Source of the DNA: Gemmatimonadota bacterium
GTDB taxonomy: Bacteria; Gemmatimonadota; Gemmatimonadetes; Gemmatimonadales; GWC2-71-9
Reading direction: 5' to 3'
DNA: 64,000 bases
NCBI GenBank assembly: GCA_039591655.1
Contig: JBDHDE010000006.1
Span: 35,436 to 99,435 of the forward strand
Shown here: positions 47,464-55,405 of the stretch, in pieces
Position numbering within the stretch: position 1 is the first letter of the stretch
Layout: every line of letters starts with the position of its first letter
Notes under the pieces: model-generated
What the model saw: the letters and a program-made list of their open reading frames with translations, nothing else
What the model was told of the DNA's origin: nothing
The model's database searches: none
Position numbers and translations under genes: made by a program

Positions 47464-48198
47464 TCAGTTACTCGCGAACAGCACTACGAACCGCACGGGC
47501 GAGCCGGCCACGGTATCGCCGATGGCAGTCACGGCTACGGCGTCGACGATCGCGCTGTCGGGCTGTTGGGTACCGCTCGCCCGCCGCACGACGACCCAGG
47601 CCTGTCCTGTGAGGCCTGTGGTCGTCTCCAGCGCGTGGGGATCCGTCCCGGGAAGCGTGTCGGCAAGAGCCAGGAACACCCCGTCGGCCTCCGTGCTCCC
47701 GGGTGGCGGCTCGACTACGTGAAAATGCACCGGCATCCCGCTGAGCGCGAGTTGGGAATCGGGCTCCGTCGTGGTGTCGAGGACCTCGACCGTGAGTGGC
47801 GGTGAGGCAGCGCTGTCGACGGGAACCGTGACTCGCTGCTCGGAGACTGGAGCGATGCTGTCCGGACCGGCGGTGACCCGGATGGAGACTCTCCCCGATG
47901 AGAGGCTCTCGACCCGTGCGACCACGTCGCCAGTGTCGGGGGCTGTGGTGGACACCAGGCCGGTGGTCTCGCCGATGGTGAAGCCCACCACGCCGGTGTC
48001 GGCGACCCAGGTGATCGCGGCGTCGGTAACGATCTCCCCCTGGGCGTTCAGCGCCCTGGCTTCGAGTTGCAGCGTGTCGCCTTCCTCGGCAGTGCGCGTC
48101 GTCTGGCCCACGATCTCGATGGCGATAATGCGATTGGAGTCGCCGGTGATCTCGGTGCACGCCAGGGTGAGGGCCACCAGGACCAGTGCGCGCCTCAC
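47464..48198 (-). CDS. Lipoprotein with Ig-like domains
   Basis: Lipobox TLAC after GTG 48198; Thr/Val-rich beta segments. Confidence 0.7.
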   Translation of the reverse strand: MRRALVLVALTLACTEITGDSNRIIAIEIVGQTTRTAEEGDTLQLEARALNAQGEIVTDAAITWVADTGVVGFTIGETTGLVSTTAPDTGDVVARVESLSSGRVSIRVTAGPDSIAPVSEQRVTVPVDSAASPPLTVEVLDTTTEPDSQLALSGMPVHFHVVEPPPGSTEADGVFLALADTLPGTDPHALETTTGLTGQAWVVVRRASGTQQPDSAIVDAVAVTAIGDTVAGSPVRFVVLFASN

Positions 48199-48629
48199 AG
48201 TGCCTCCCCCCGCTCCAGTTGCGCCAGGGCCTGGCGCGCGTGCTCGACCCATTTCTCGGCATCCGGGCCCCGAGGCGGGCGCTGGAGGAAGATCTGGAGA
48301 TGCTGCACGGCTGCGTCCATCTCGCCCCGGCGCATCAACAGGAAGGCGAGCCCGTAGTGCGCGCCGGCCAGTTCCCCGTCGAACTCGAGGGCCCTGCGGT
48401 AGTGGCGGATCGCCTCGTCGTGCCGATTCGTCTTGGTGTAGGCGATGGCCATGTTCTGCAGTACACGAGGGTCGGCCGGATGATCGCGCAGGGCGAGGCG
48501 ATAGGACGTGAGCGCGGCGTCGTAGTCACCCTGACGTTCCAACGCCAGGGCCTCGTTGAGATAATCGAGCCGCTGTGGTCTGAGCGCCGCGTCCCGGCGG
48601 CGACCGAAGAGGCGCTTCCAGAAACCCAT
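48195..48629 (-). CDS. Tetratricopeptide repeat protein
   Basis: Repeated A...Y..AL...P TPR pattern. Confidence 0.85.
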   Translation of the reverse strand: MGFWKRLFGRRRDAALRPQRLDYLNEALALERQGDYDAALTSYRLALRDHPADPRVLQNMAIAYTKTNRHDEAIRHYRRALEFDGELAGAHYGLAFLLMRRGEMDAAVQHLQIFLQRPPRGPDAEKWVEHARQALAQLERGEAL

Positions 48630-48752
48630 TCGAGCGTCAAGATAATCACTCTTCGCGTGGACGCCAAAGTACCCCGACCGGAGACGGGGGCGCCGCGGCT
48701 CTCCGCGGGTCCCGTTGTCACGGCAGTGTCCGTGCGCTAGTATCCGAATCCA

Positions 48753-49283
48753 ATGGACGAGTCCTTCCTCCGGGAAGATTCCCGCGACGTGCTGGAGGTC
48801 GACTGGACCTTCTTCGGCGAATTATGCCGGGCTCTGGCGCTCAGGATCGTGCGGGACTACGACCCCGATCTCGTGCTCGGCATCGCCAAGGCTGGAGTGC
48901 TGCCCGGAGCCGTCGTGGCGTCCATTCTGCAGCGGGACTTCGCGGCGATGTCCATCACGCGGCGCCAGGCCGCGCGGCGGCCCACGCTGGTCGCCGGTCC
49001 GCCGGAGAGCGTGCGCGGACGACGAGTGCTGATCGTGGACGAGACGTGTGACTCCGGCGATACGCTGAAGGTGGCCCTGGCCGCCGTCCGCAGCCTGGGT
49101 CCCAAAGAGGTCCGCACGGCCGTGTCGTTCAAGACGGGGCCCTACGTGGCCGACTACCACGCCCTCGCGACGGAGAGCTTCATCGTGCTGCCCTGGGATC
49201 GGGAAGTGATCGAGGACGGGAAGCTCGTGATGCGTCCCGACTACGCGGAGTGGATCGGGGAGGTCGAAGAGGAGGGGGAGTAG
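48753..49283 (+). CDS. Type I phosphoribosyltransferase
   Basis: VLIVDETCDSGDT PRPP-binding loop; LPWD as in Gpt-like enzymes. Confidence 0.9.
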   Translation: MDESFLREDSRDVLEVDWTFFGELCRALALRIVRDYDPDLVLGIAKAGVLPGAVVASILQRDFAAMSITRRQAARRPTLVAGPPESVRGRRVLIVDETCDSGDTLKVALAAVRSLGPKEVRTAVSFKTGPYVADYHALATESFIVLPWDREVIEDGKLVMRPDYAEWIGEVEEEGE

Positions 49284-49297
49284 GCCCGCGGGGTGGA

Positions 49298-49849
49298 TCA
49301 GCCGCCGAGAATCGACTCGTAGTCGCGCTCTTCGCTCATCGCCTCATACACGGCATCCAGCACCTCCGGTGACCCGGCCAGGAACTTGCACCGGGGGTCG
49401 CCCTGGGTGCGGCACTCCAGCTCCATGGTGGCCACGGCCGCCCCGGCCAGACACGTGAAGAAGCTGGCGAACAGGCCGGTGGAGAAGAAGCACGACGGGT
49501 ACTCCCCCTGGACGCCGGACTGCACTTCGGCCCAGGCCGTAGAGGTGACGGCGAGGCCCGCTCGGCCCACGCGCTCAACCGTCACCGGCCCCCAGCCCAA
49601 CGACTGGAAGAACGCCGACAGCACCTCGGTGAGGGCGGCGGCGTCCAATTCCCCGGGGTCCGACACCCCGGCGAACTCCGGGAGCCACTGGGAGAACCGC
49701 CGGTAGATGTCTTCGCCGGCGGCGTACCCGATCTCCTGAAGCCGGGCTTCGCCGGCCTCGCCGAGATCCTGAACGAGTGCCTGTCGTGTGGTGTGCAGGG
49801 CCTTGATACCGATGCCGACGACCCCGTCTTGCGCGTGCGCTTCGGCCAT
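49298..49849 (-). CDS. Stand-alone V4R domain protein
   Basis: LGWG, CFFSTG, ELECRTQGDPRCKF. Confidence 0.8.
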   Translation of the reverse strand: MAEAHAQDGVVGIGIKALHTTRQALVQDLGEAGEARLQEIGYAAGEDIYRRFSQWLPEFAGVSDPGELDAAALTEVLSAFFQSLGWGPVTVERVGRAGLAVTSTAWAEVQSGVQGEYPSCFFSTGLFASFFTCLAGAAVATMELECRTQGDPRCKFLAGSPEVLDAVYEAMSEERDYESILGG

Positions 49850-49910
49850 GATCGGTAGGCCTGTTTTGGACGTCGCAACATAGGTAACGCCCGGCGCGCC
49901 GCGCAAGGGA

Positions 49911-50696
49911 TCAGACGCTCTTCGCCTCCTCGTCGAAGACCGCCATCGCGATATCCACGAGCCGATCCAGCTCCTGGCCGGCTGCCTGGGAGAGCTGGCG
50001 CTCGGGGATCTCGCCGTCACCGCCGTAGGCCAGCAGCAGCCGCCGCAGGAAGCCGAAGAGCGCCACGCGGCGGAGATCCTCACGGGACTGGCTGATCGGG
50101 CCGCCGGTGTGACCCTTCAAGAGTCGCTCGTACTGATGGGCGTTGTGGAATGCCCGCGCCAGGAGGGCGGCCACACCCTGGATGAACCGCACGTCTGCGT
50201 TGGAGAGCACCGGGCCGTCCCGTATCGTCCGCAGCAGGATGGCGCCGATCGGCGCACCGCGCCACGTGATGGGGACGACGGTGATGCTCTTCACACGGCG
50301 CGTCTCCAGGAGCCCCTGGACGTGCCTCAGCTCGGAGTTGGTCTGGACGTCGGGAATGAAGACGGTCTCGCCCGACTCCAGCGCCCGGCGAATCTCCGGG
50401 TACTGCTTGAGGTCGATGACGAAATTGCGAATCGACGGGTCCTCGTAGGTGGCCACCAGCCGAGCGGTCGGCTCCCCGTGCTCCGCCAGGTAGATGGAAC
50501 ACCGATCGAGCCCGAACGTCTCGCCCATCTTACGGGTAGCACCCTGGAGGATGTCCACGACGTACAGGGTGCCGGCAATCTCCTGGAGGATCTCGATCAG
50601 GCCGATCAGGTGCTTGCGCTCGTGCTCCAGCTCCTGGATTCGCCGCTCCAGGAGCTCGGGAGACGTGGATTCGTGGCCGGTATCGGCAGGTCGCAT
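49911..50696 (-). CDS. Stand-alone GAF domain protein
   Basis: Coiled coil, then DRCSI...FIPDV...SITVVPI...IGAI; no recognisable output domain. Confidence 0.8.
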   Translation of the reverse strand: MRPADTGHESTSPELLERRIQELEHERKHLIGLIEILQEIAGTLYVVDILQGATRKMGETFGLDRCSIYLAEHGEPTARLVATYEDPSIRNFVIDLKQYPEIRRALESGETVFIPDVQTNSELRHVQGLLETRRVKSITVVPITWRGAPIGAILLRTIRDGPVLSNADVRFIQGVAALLARAFHNAHQYERLLKGHTGGPISQSREDLRRVALFGFLRRLLLAYGGDGEIPERQLSQAAGQELDRLVDIAMAVFDEEAKSV

Positions 50697-50772
50697 GCGT
50701 TCTCTCAATCTGGGGCGCCGCCCAATTCTTGCGCTCTCGACGGAACACCGTCAAGGGACTAGACTCCACCGC

Positions 50773-52113
50773 ATGCGACCAATCGTGGCCTTACTCTGTC
50801 TCGTCGCGGCGCCGCTCGCGGCGCAGGGGCCGGTGCCGGAGCTGCCTGGGGCCGGGCGGCCGGTGGACGTCGAGGCCCACCGGGCTCGCCGCGCTCAGCT
50901 GGCGGAGCGCCTCGGCAACGGCGTCGTGTTGGTACCCGCGGCGGAGCGGCGTGACCCCGAGAAAGACGTTCTGCAGGACGGTGACTTCCGGCAGGACGAC
51001 TACTTCTTCTATCTGACCGGGATCGAGACTCCCGGTGCGTGGCTCATGCTGGTGGCGCGGCAGGGCAGCGTCGGGATCGTCACCCTCTTCCTGCAGCCGC
51101 GCAACCCCTTTGTCGAGCGCTGGATGGGGGTACAGCTGGGCCCGGGGGAGGACGCCGTGCGGCTGACGGGGATCGAGCAAGTCCTGGCCTGGCATCCCGA
51201 CAGCCTGAAGCGGGCGGTGCGGGGGGCTGAGGCGCGCGGCGGCGTCCCGTTCTATGCGGTGATGTATCCCGGCACCAGCGGTGATGACCAGATCCTCGAG
51301 TGGCTCATGACCGACCGCGAAGTGCGGAACGTGGTACCGGTCATGGACAGCCTGCGGGTGGTGAAGGATGAGGTGAGCCTCGCAGCGCTCCGCCGCGCCA
51401 TCGCCATCACCACCGAGGGGATCAAGGCCGGGATGCGGACCGCACAGCCGGGCATGCACGAGTACCAGCTCGAGGCCCTCATCGAGTACACGTTCCGCGA
51501 CCTCGGAGCGGATCGCCTGGGCTTCCCCTCGATCGTCGGGAGCGGTCCGAACAGCGTGATCCTGCACTATGACCTGAGCCGTCGGCAGATGCAGGCCGGG
51601 GACCTGGTCGTGGTGGACGTGGGGGCAGAGTACGCTCAGCACACGGCGGACGTGACCCGTACCTTCCCTGTGAGCGGCGCGTTCACGGACCGGCAGAAGG
51701 CGATCTATGACCTCGTTTTGGAGACGCAGGACGCGATCATCGGGGCCGTGAAGCCCGGAGTCACGGTCAGGGACCTGAATCGGATCGCGCGGGCGCATTT
51801 GCGTGATCACAGCGGGGATCGTTGCGGGGAGCCCGACTGCAGCCGGTACCTCGTGCATGGCATAAGCCACTGGCTCGGTATGCGGGTGCACGACGTGGGC
51901 GACTACGGCATGCCGCTCGAGCCCGGCATGGTGCTCACCATCGAGCCCGGGATCTATCTCCCCGACGAGAACCTGGGCGTGAGGATCGAGGACGACTTGC
52001 TCGTGACCGAGACGGGCGCAGAGGTGCTCTCGGCCGGTGCGCCTCGCACCACCGTGGACATCGAGCGCCTGATGCAAACGGCCGAGCAGAGACAGGCAAC
52101 CGGGAGCGACTGA
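50773..52113 (+). CDS. Xaa-Pro aminopeptidase (M24B) with signal peptide
   Basis: FRQDDYFFYLTG, DVGAE...DVTRTFP, HWLGMRVHD, EPGIY, RIEDD. Confidence 0.93.
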   Translation: MRPIVALLCLVAAPLAAQGPVPELPGAGRPVDVEAHRARRAQLAERLGNGVVLVPAAERRDPEKDVLQDGDFRQDDYFFYLTGIETPGAWLMLVARQGSVGIVTLFLQPRNPFVERWMGVQLGPGEDAVRLTGIEQVLAWHPDSLKRAVRGAEARGGVPFYAVMYPGTSGDDQILEWLMTDREVRNVVPVMDSLRVVKDEVSLAALRRAIAITTEGIKAGMRTAQPGMHEYQLEALIEYTFRDLGADRLGFPSIVGSGPNSVILHYDLSRRQMQAGDLVVVDVGAEYAQHTADVTRTFPVSGAFTDRQKAIYDLVLETQDAIIGAVKPGVTVRDLNRIARAHLRDHSGDRCGEPDCSRYLVHGISHWLGMRVHDVGDYGMPLEPGMVLTIEPGIYLPDENLGVRIEDDLLVTETGAEVLSAGAPRTTVDIERLMQTAEQRQATGSD

Positions 52114-52448
52114 TGGCACGCAAGAAGGATCTCGATCTCGTCGAAGACGAAGACCGCGACGAGGCTGAAGAGCGGGAGGACGAGGAACTCGAGGAGCTGC
52201 TGGAGGCCGAGGGGGCCGCCAGCGGCGTCGTCGGCTTCATCGGTGGGCTCATGATCGGGGCGCTGCTGGGTGCGGGAATCGCCCTGCTTGTGGCGCCCGA
52301 GCGCGGGGAGATCACCCGACGCCGCATCCGTACGAGGATGCGTGACGTTCGGGACGACGCGCGGGGGCACATCGATGACTGGCGGGACGACGCGGGGCGC
52401 GAGCTCCGCAGGCAGCGGCGCAGGCTACAGCACCGTCTGCGTAGGTAG
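52113..52448 (+). CDS. YtxH domain protein
   Basis: GFIGG..IGALLGAGIALLVAPERGEITR; acidic N-terminus. Confidence 0.8.
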   Translation: MARKKDLDLVEDEDRDEAEEREDEELEELLEAEGAASGVVGFIGGLMIGALLGAGIALLVAPERGEITRRRIRTRMRDVRDDARGHIDDWRDDAGRELRRQRRRLQHRLRR

Positions 52449-52493
52449 CCGCGCAGCCGCAGGGGTACTCCGTCCGCGACCGCGACCGGGGGG

Positions 52494-53285
52494 CTACTGA
52501 ACTTCCCGGTCGCGAATCTCCTGGAGAAGGACCGCGGCCTCCTCTTTGAAGAGCGGGTCCTCCACGTCACTCGTGGGGGGGAGTCCGGCGATCGCCTCGA
52601 GCTGAGGTGCCGCCTCCGGCCAGCGCTCCAGATCCAGGTAAACCCGGGCCAGCTCGAGCCGGTGAAAGATGTGCTCGGGCTCGATCTCCACGGCCCGCTC
52701 GAGGTAGACCACAGCCGAATCCCAGGTGGCCCGGCTCATGAAACCCGCCCCGAGGAATGTCCGGGCGAAGAACTTGGTGAAGCCCGAGAGCCGCTTGATC
52801 TCGGCGTGCCACGCGCCCATCACGTGCCACGCACCGGCGTGCTCCGGATCGAGCTCGATGGCCCGGCTGGCTGCATCGTAGATCTCCCTCGCGAACCGCA
52901 CGCGCTCCCGGCCGCCCCGGGTCCGGGACAGGCGGCCCAGCGACTGCGACAGCATGAACCAGCCCTCCGGATCCATGGAGTCGGTGCTCACCGCCGCCTC
53001 CGCATAGATCCGGGCGACCCAGTAGAGGCTGTCCCGCCGCTCCTTGTGGTCTCTGCCCCGCAGTTGCTTCGCGACATCGATTTGGGCGCCCGAGAACTTC
53101 CACATCGCCTCGTAACTCGAGGGGTTCGCCATGAAGGCCGCGCGGTACTCCTCCAAAGCGGCGGCATGACTCAGTGCATCGTTGAGGCTGTCTCCGCGGG
53201 CGAGGTGCTCTTCGAACTCTTGGGCCGAGAGATGTGGCGCGGCGCCACCAACCAGGGCAACCAGGGCGATCGTCGTCAGGCGCAT
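52494..53285 (-). CDS. Secreted TPR-like helical repeat protein
   Basis: Signal peptide; RAIELDP and RAVEIEP repeats. Confidence 0.75.
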   Translation of the reverse strand: MRLTTIALVALVGGAAPHLSAQEFEEHLARGDSLNDALSHAAALEEYRAAFMANPSSYEAMWKFSGAQIDVAKQLRGRDHKERRDSLYWVARIYAEAAVSTDSMDPEGWFMLSQSLGRLSRTRGGRERVRFAREIYDAASRAIELDPEHAGAWHVMGAWHAEIKRLSGFTKFFARTFLGAGFMSRATWDSAVVYLERAVEIEPEHIFHRLELARVYLDLERWPEAAPQLEAIAGLPPTSDVEDPLFKEEAAVLLQEIRDREVQ

Positions 53286-53365
53286 TCCGAGGCTCCGGTG
53301 GAGATCCGGTCGAGGTGAGCGTCAAATGTTCGCGGCATCGCAGGTGCCGCGCAAGCGCAAGGCAG

Positions 53366-53617
53366 CTAGGGGTTCGGGGCTCCAGGCCCCCAGTCGGGGA
53401 GGTCCTCCTCGGCCTCTTCCGGTGAGGTGAACGCGTTCACGTCGCGCAACTCGTCCTCTGCCTCTCTGAGGGTGTCCGCGTCCGCGTCGTCGTCGCGGTG
53501 ATCCCCCACCACGTCCCGGGGCTCGGGACGGCGCGAGAGGCGCCCCCCGGCCAGTAGCCAGACCAGGCCGGCCGCGAGGAGCACGAGGAGGACCAGCAGC
53601 GCCACCGAGGAGGTCAC
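53366..53617 (-). CDS. Small single-pass membrane protein with acidic tail
   Basis: GTGA overlap with the arsC stop; N-terminal hydrophobic helix. Confidence 0.6.
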   Translation of the reverse strand: MTSSVALLVLLVLLAAGLVWLLAGGRLSRRPEPRDVVGDHRDDDADADTLREAEDELRDVNAFTSPEEAEEDLPDWGPGAPNP

Positions 53618-54030
53618 TGCGCGCCCGTCTCCTGGCGCCAGAACTCCGCCAGGCGCGACTGGATGATGTCACGCACGGCCCGGAAGGCGGCCTGCTCCTC
53701 TTCTTCGGAGTTTGCCGGGTCCGCGGGGTCCGGCAGCGGCCACGCCAGGCGCCTGCCGCTGGTGTAAGCCACCGGACACTCCTCTTCCGCGCACAGCGTG
53801 ATGACCACGTCGGCATCTGCCAGCGGGACGTCGTCCAAGCCCTTGGAATATTGGTGGCTGATGTCGATCCCGATCTCCCGCATCGCCTCGACCGCACGCC
53901 GGCTGAGTTGGCCCGGTTCCGAGCCGGCGCTATAGACCTCCCAACCATCGGGCGCGGAAGACCGAGCGAGCCCCTCCGCGATCTGGCTGCGAGCGGAGTT
54001 CGCCACACACAGGAAGATCACCGACGGCAT
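53614..54030 (-). CDS. arsC: Arsenate reductase ArsC (LMW-PTP fold)
   Basis: CVANSARSQIAEG, TLC...CP, W.LPDP. Confidence 0.85.
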   Translation of the reverse strand: MPSVIFLCVANSARSQIAEGLARSSAPDGWEVYSAGSEPGQLSRRAVEAMREIGIDISHQYSKGLDDVPLADADVVITLCAEEECPVAYTSGRRLAWPLPDPADPANSEEEEQAAFRAVRDIIQSRLAEFWRQETGAQ

Positions 54031-54049
54031 GAGGCGGCGCGGGAGAGGA

Positions 54050-54430
54050 TCAGATCTCGTCGAGGACGTCCCTGCCGCGCACCAGCACCAGGATGGCCGC
54101 CTGGGGCACGACGAGGTAGCGCTTGCCCTCGAACGTGATCTCGACCGCTGCCTTGCGGAAGAACAGGGCGAAGTCGCCGATCTCTGCTTGCATTGGTACG
54201 TAGCGCGGACCGCCGCGACCCACGTCCTTCCAGGGCTCGTCGTCCAGCTCGGTGGGGGCCGAAAGGGGGGTCCCCGGTCCGGTGGCGATGATCATGCCGC
54301 TCTGCACCGCCTGACGGTCTATCGCGGTGGGCGGCAGGTAGAGCCCCACGTTGGTGCGCTCCTCACCCTCCTCCGGGGCGATCAAGACGCGATCGCCCAC
54401 CACGACCAGCTTCTTCAGGGGGTCTGACAT
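54050..54430 (-). CDS. Co-chaperone GroES family protein (no adjacent groEL)
   Basis: GDRVLI, TNVGLYLP, ATGPG, GKRYLVV...IL. Confidence 0.85.
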   Translation of the reverse strand: MSDPLKKLVVVGDRVLIAPEEGEERTNVGLYLPPTAIDRQAVQSGMIIATGPGTPLSAPTELDDEPWKDVGRGGPRYVPMQAEIGDFALFFRKAAVEITFEGKRYLVVPQAAILVLVRGRDVLDEI

Positions 54431-54554
54431 ACCAGGAATCAAAGGGTGGCGGGGGCAGTGCGCCAGACCTCCGTCGCTCGCACAGACCCGACCCTCGCGT
54501 CGGACCAGGTGGCGCGTGCATGTTTGACCTGCCAACCATCAGCCTGCGAGGCGA

Positions 54555-55385
54555 ATGATGAAGCGTCGCGACACACGCATGTTTGTCGTCCTATGCGCTC
54601 ACCTGCTGGTCCTCCTGGCGGCCGGGTGCTCGACCGGCCGGGACGAGGTTGCGGCGCTGTTCGGGGACCCGGACGCGTGGATCGACCTGAGCTACCCGTT
54701 CAATGCGGAAGCGGTCTACTGGCCGACGGCTGAGCCCTTCGTGCTGGAGACGGTGGCCGACGGAGTCACTCCCGGAGGCTACTACTACGCTGCGAACAAC
54801 ATCAGCGGGGCCGAGCACGGCGGCACCCACTTGGATGCGCCGATTCACTTTGCGGCGGGGAAGCAGACGACCGAGGCGATTCCCCTGGACCGGCTGGTCG
54901 GCCCGGCAGTCGTGGTGGACGTGACGGCGGCGGCCGCCGCCGATGCCGATTACCTCGTCGGTGTCGAGGATCTGGAGGCTTTCGAGGCGTCGCACGGCCG
55001 GATCCCCGCGGGAGCGATCCTGCTGCTTCGGACCGGCTGGGGCGCCCGGTGGCCGGATGCGGAGGCGTATCTCGGTACGGCGCTGCGGGGCGCTGAAGCG
55101 ATCCCTCTGCTGCACTTCCCGGGTCTGGATCCGGCGGCGGCTCGCTGGCTGGTGGAGCAGCGGTCCATCGACGCCATCGGGATCGACACCCCCAGCATCG
55201 ACTTCGGGCAGTCCACGAGGTTCGAGACGCACCAAATCCTCTTCGCTGCCGACATGCCGGCGTTCGAGAACGTAGCGCAGCTGGATCGGATGCCGCAGAC
55301 GGGCGCCTACGTGGTCGCGCTGCCGATGAAGATCGAAGGGGGGAGCGGCGGGCCGCTCCGCATCGTGGGCGTGGTGCCCGGGTAG
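54555..55385 (+). CDS. Cyclase family (KynB-like) metal hydrolase, lipoprotein signal
   Basis: HGGTHLDAPIH, GIDTPSID, GGSGGPLR; lipobox AAGC. Confidence 0.9.
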   Translation: MMKRRDTRMFVVLCAHLLVLLAAGCSTGRDEVAALFGDPDAWIDLSYPFNAEAVYWPTAEPFVLETVADGVTPGGYYYAANNISGAEHGGTHLDAPIHFAAGKQTTEAIPLDRLVGPAVVVDVTAAAAADADYLVGVEDLEAFEASHGRIPAGAILLLRTGWGARWPDAEAYLGTALRGAEAIPLLHFPGLDPAAARWLVEQRSIDAIGIDTPSIDFGQSTRFETHQILFAADMPAFENVAQLDRMPQTGAYVVALPMKIEGGSGGPLRIVGVVPG

Positions 55386-55405
55386 CCTAGCCGGTCGTCG
55401 CGCCC

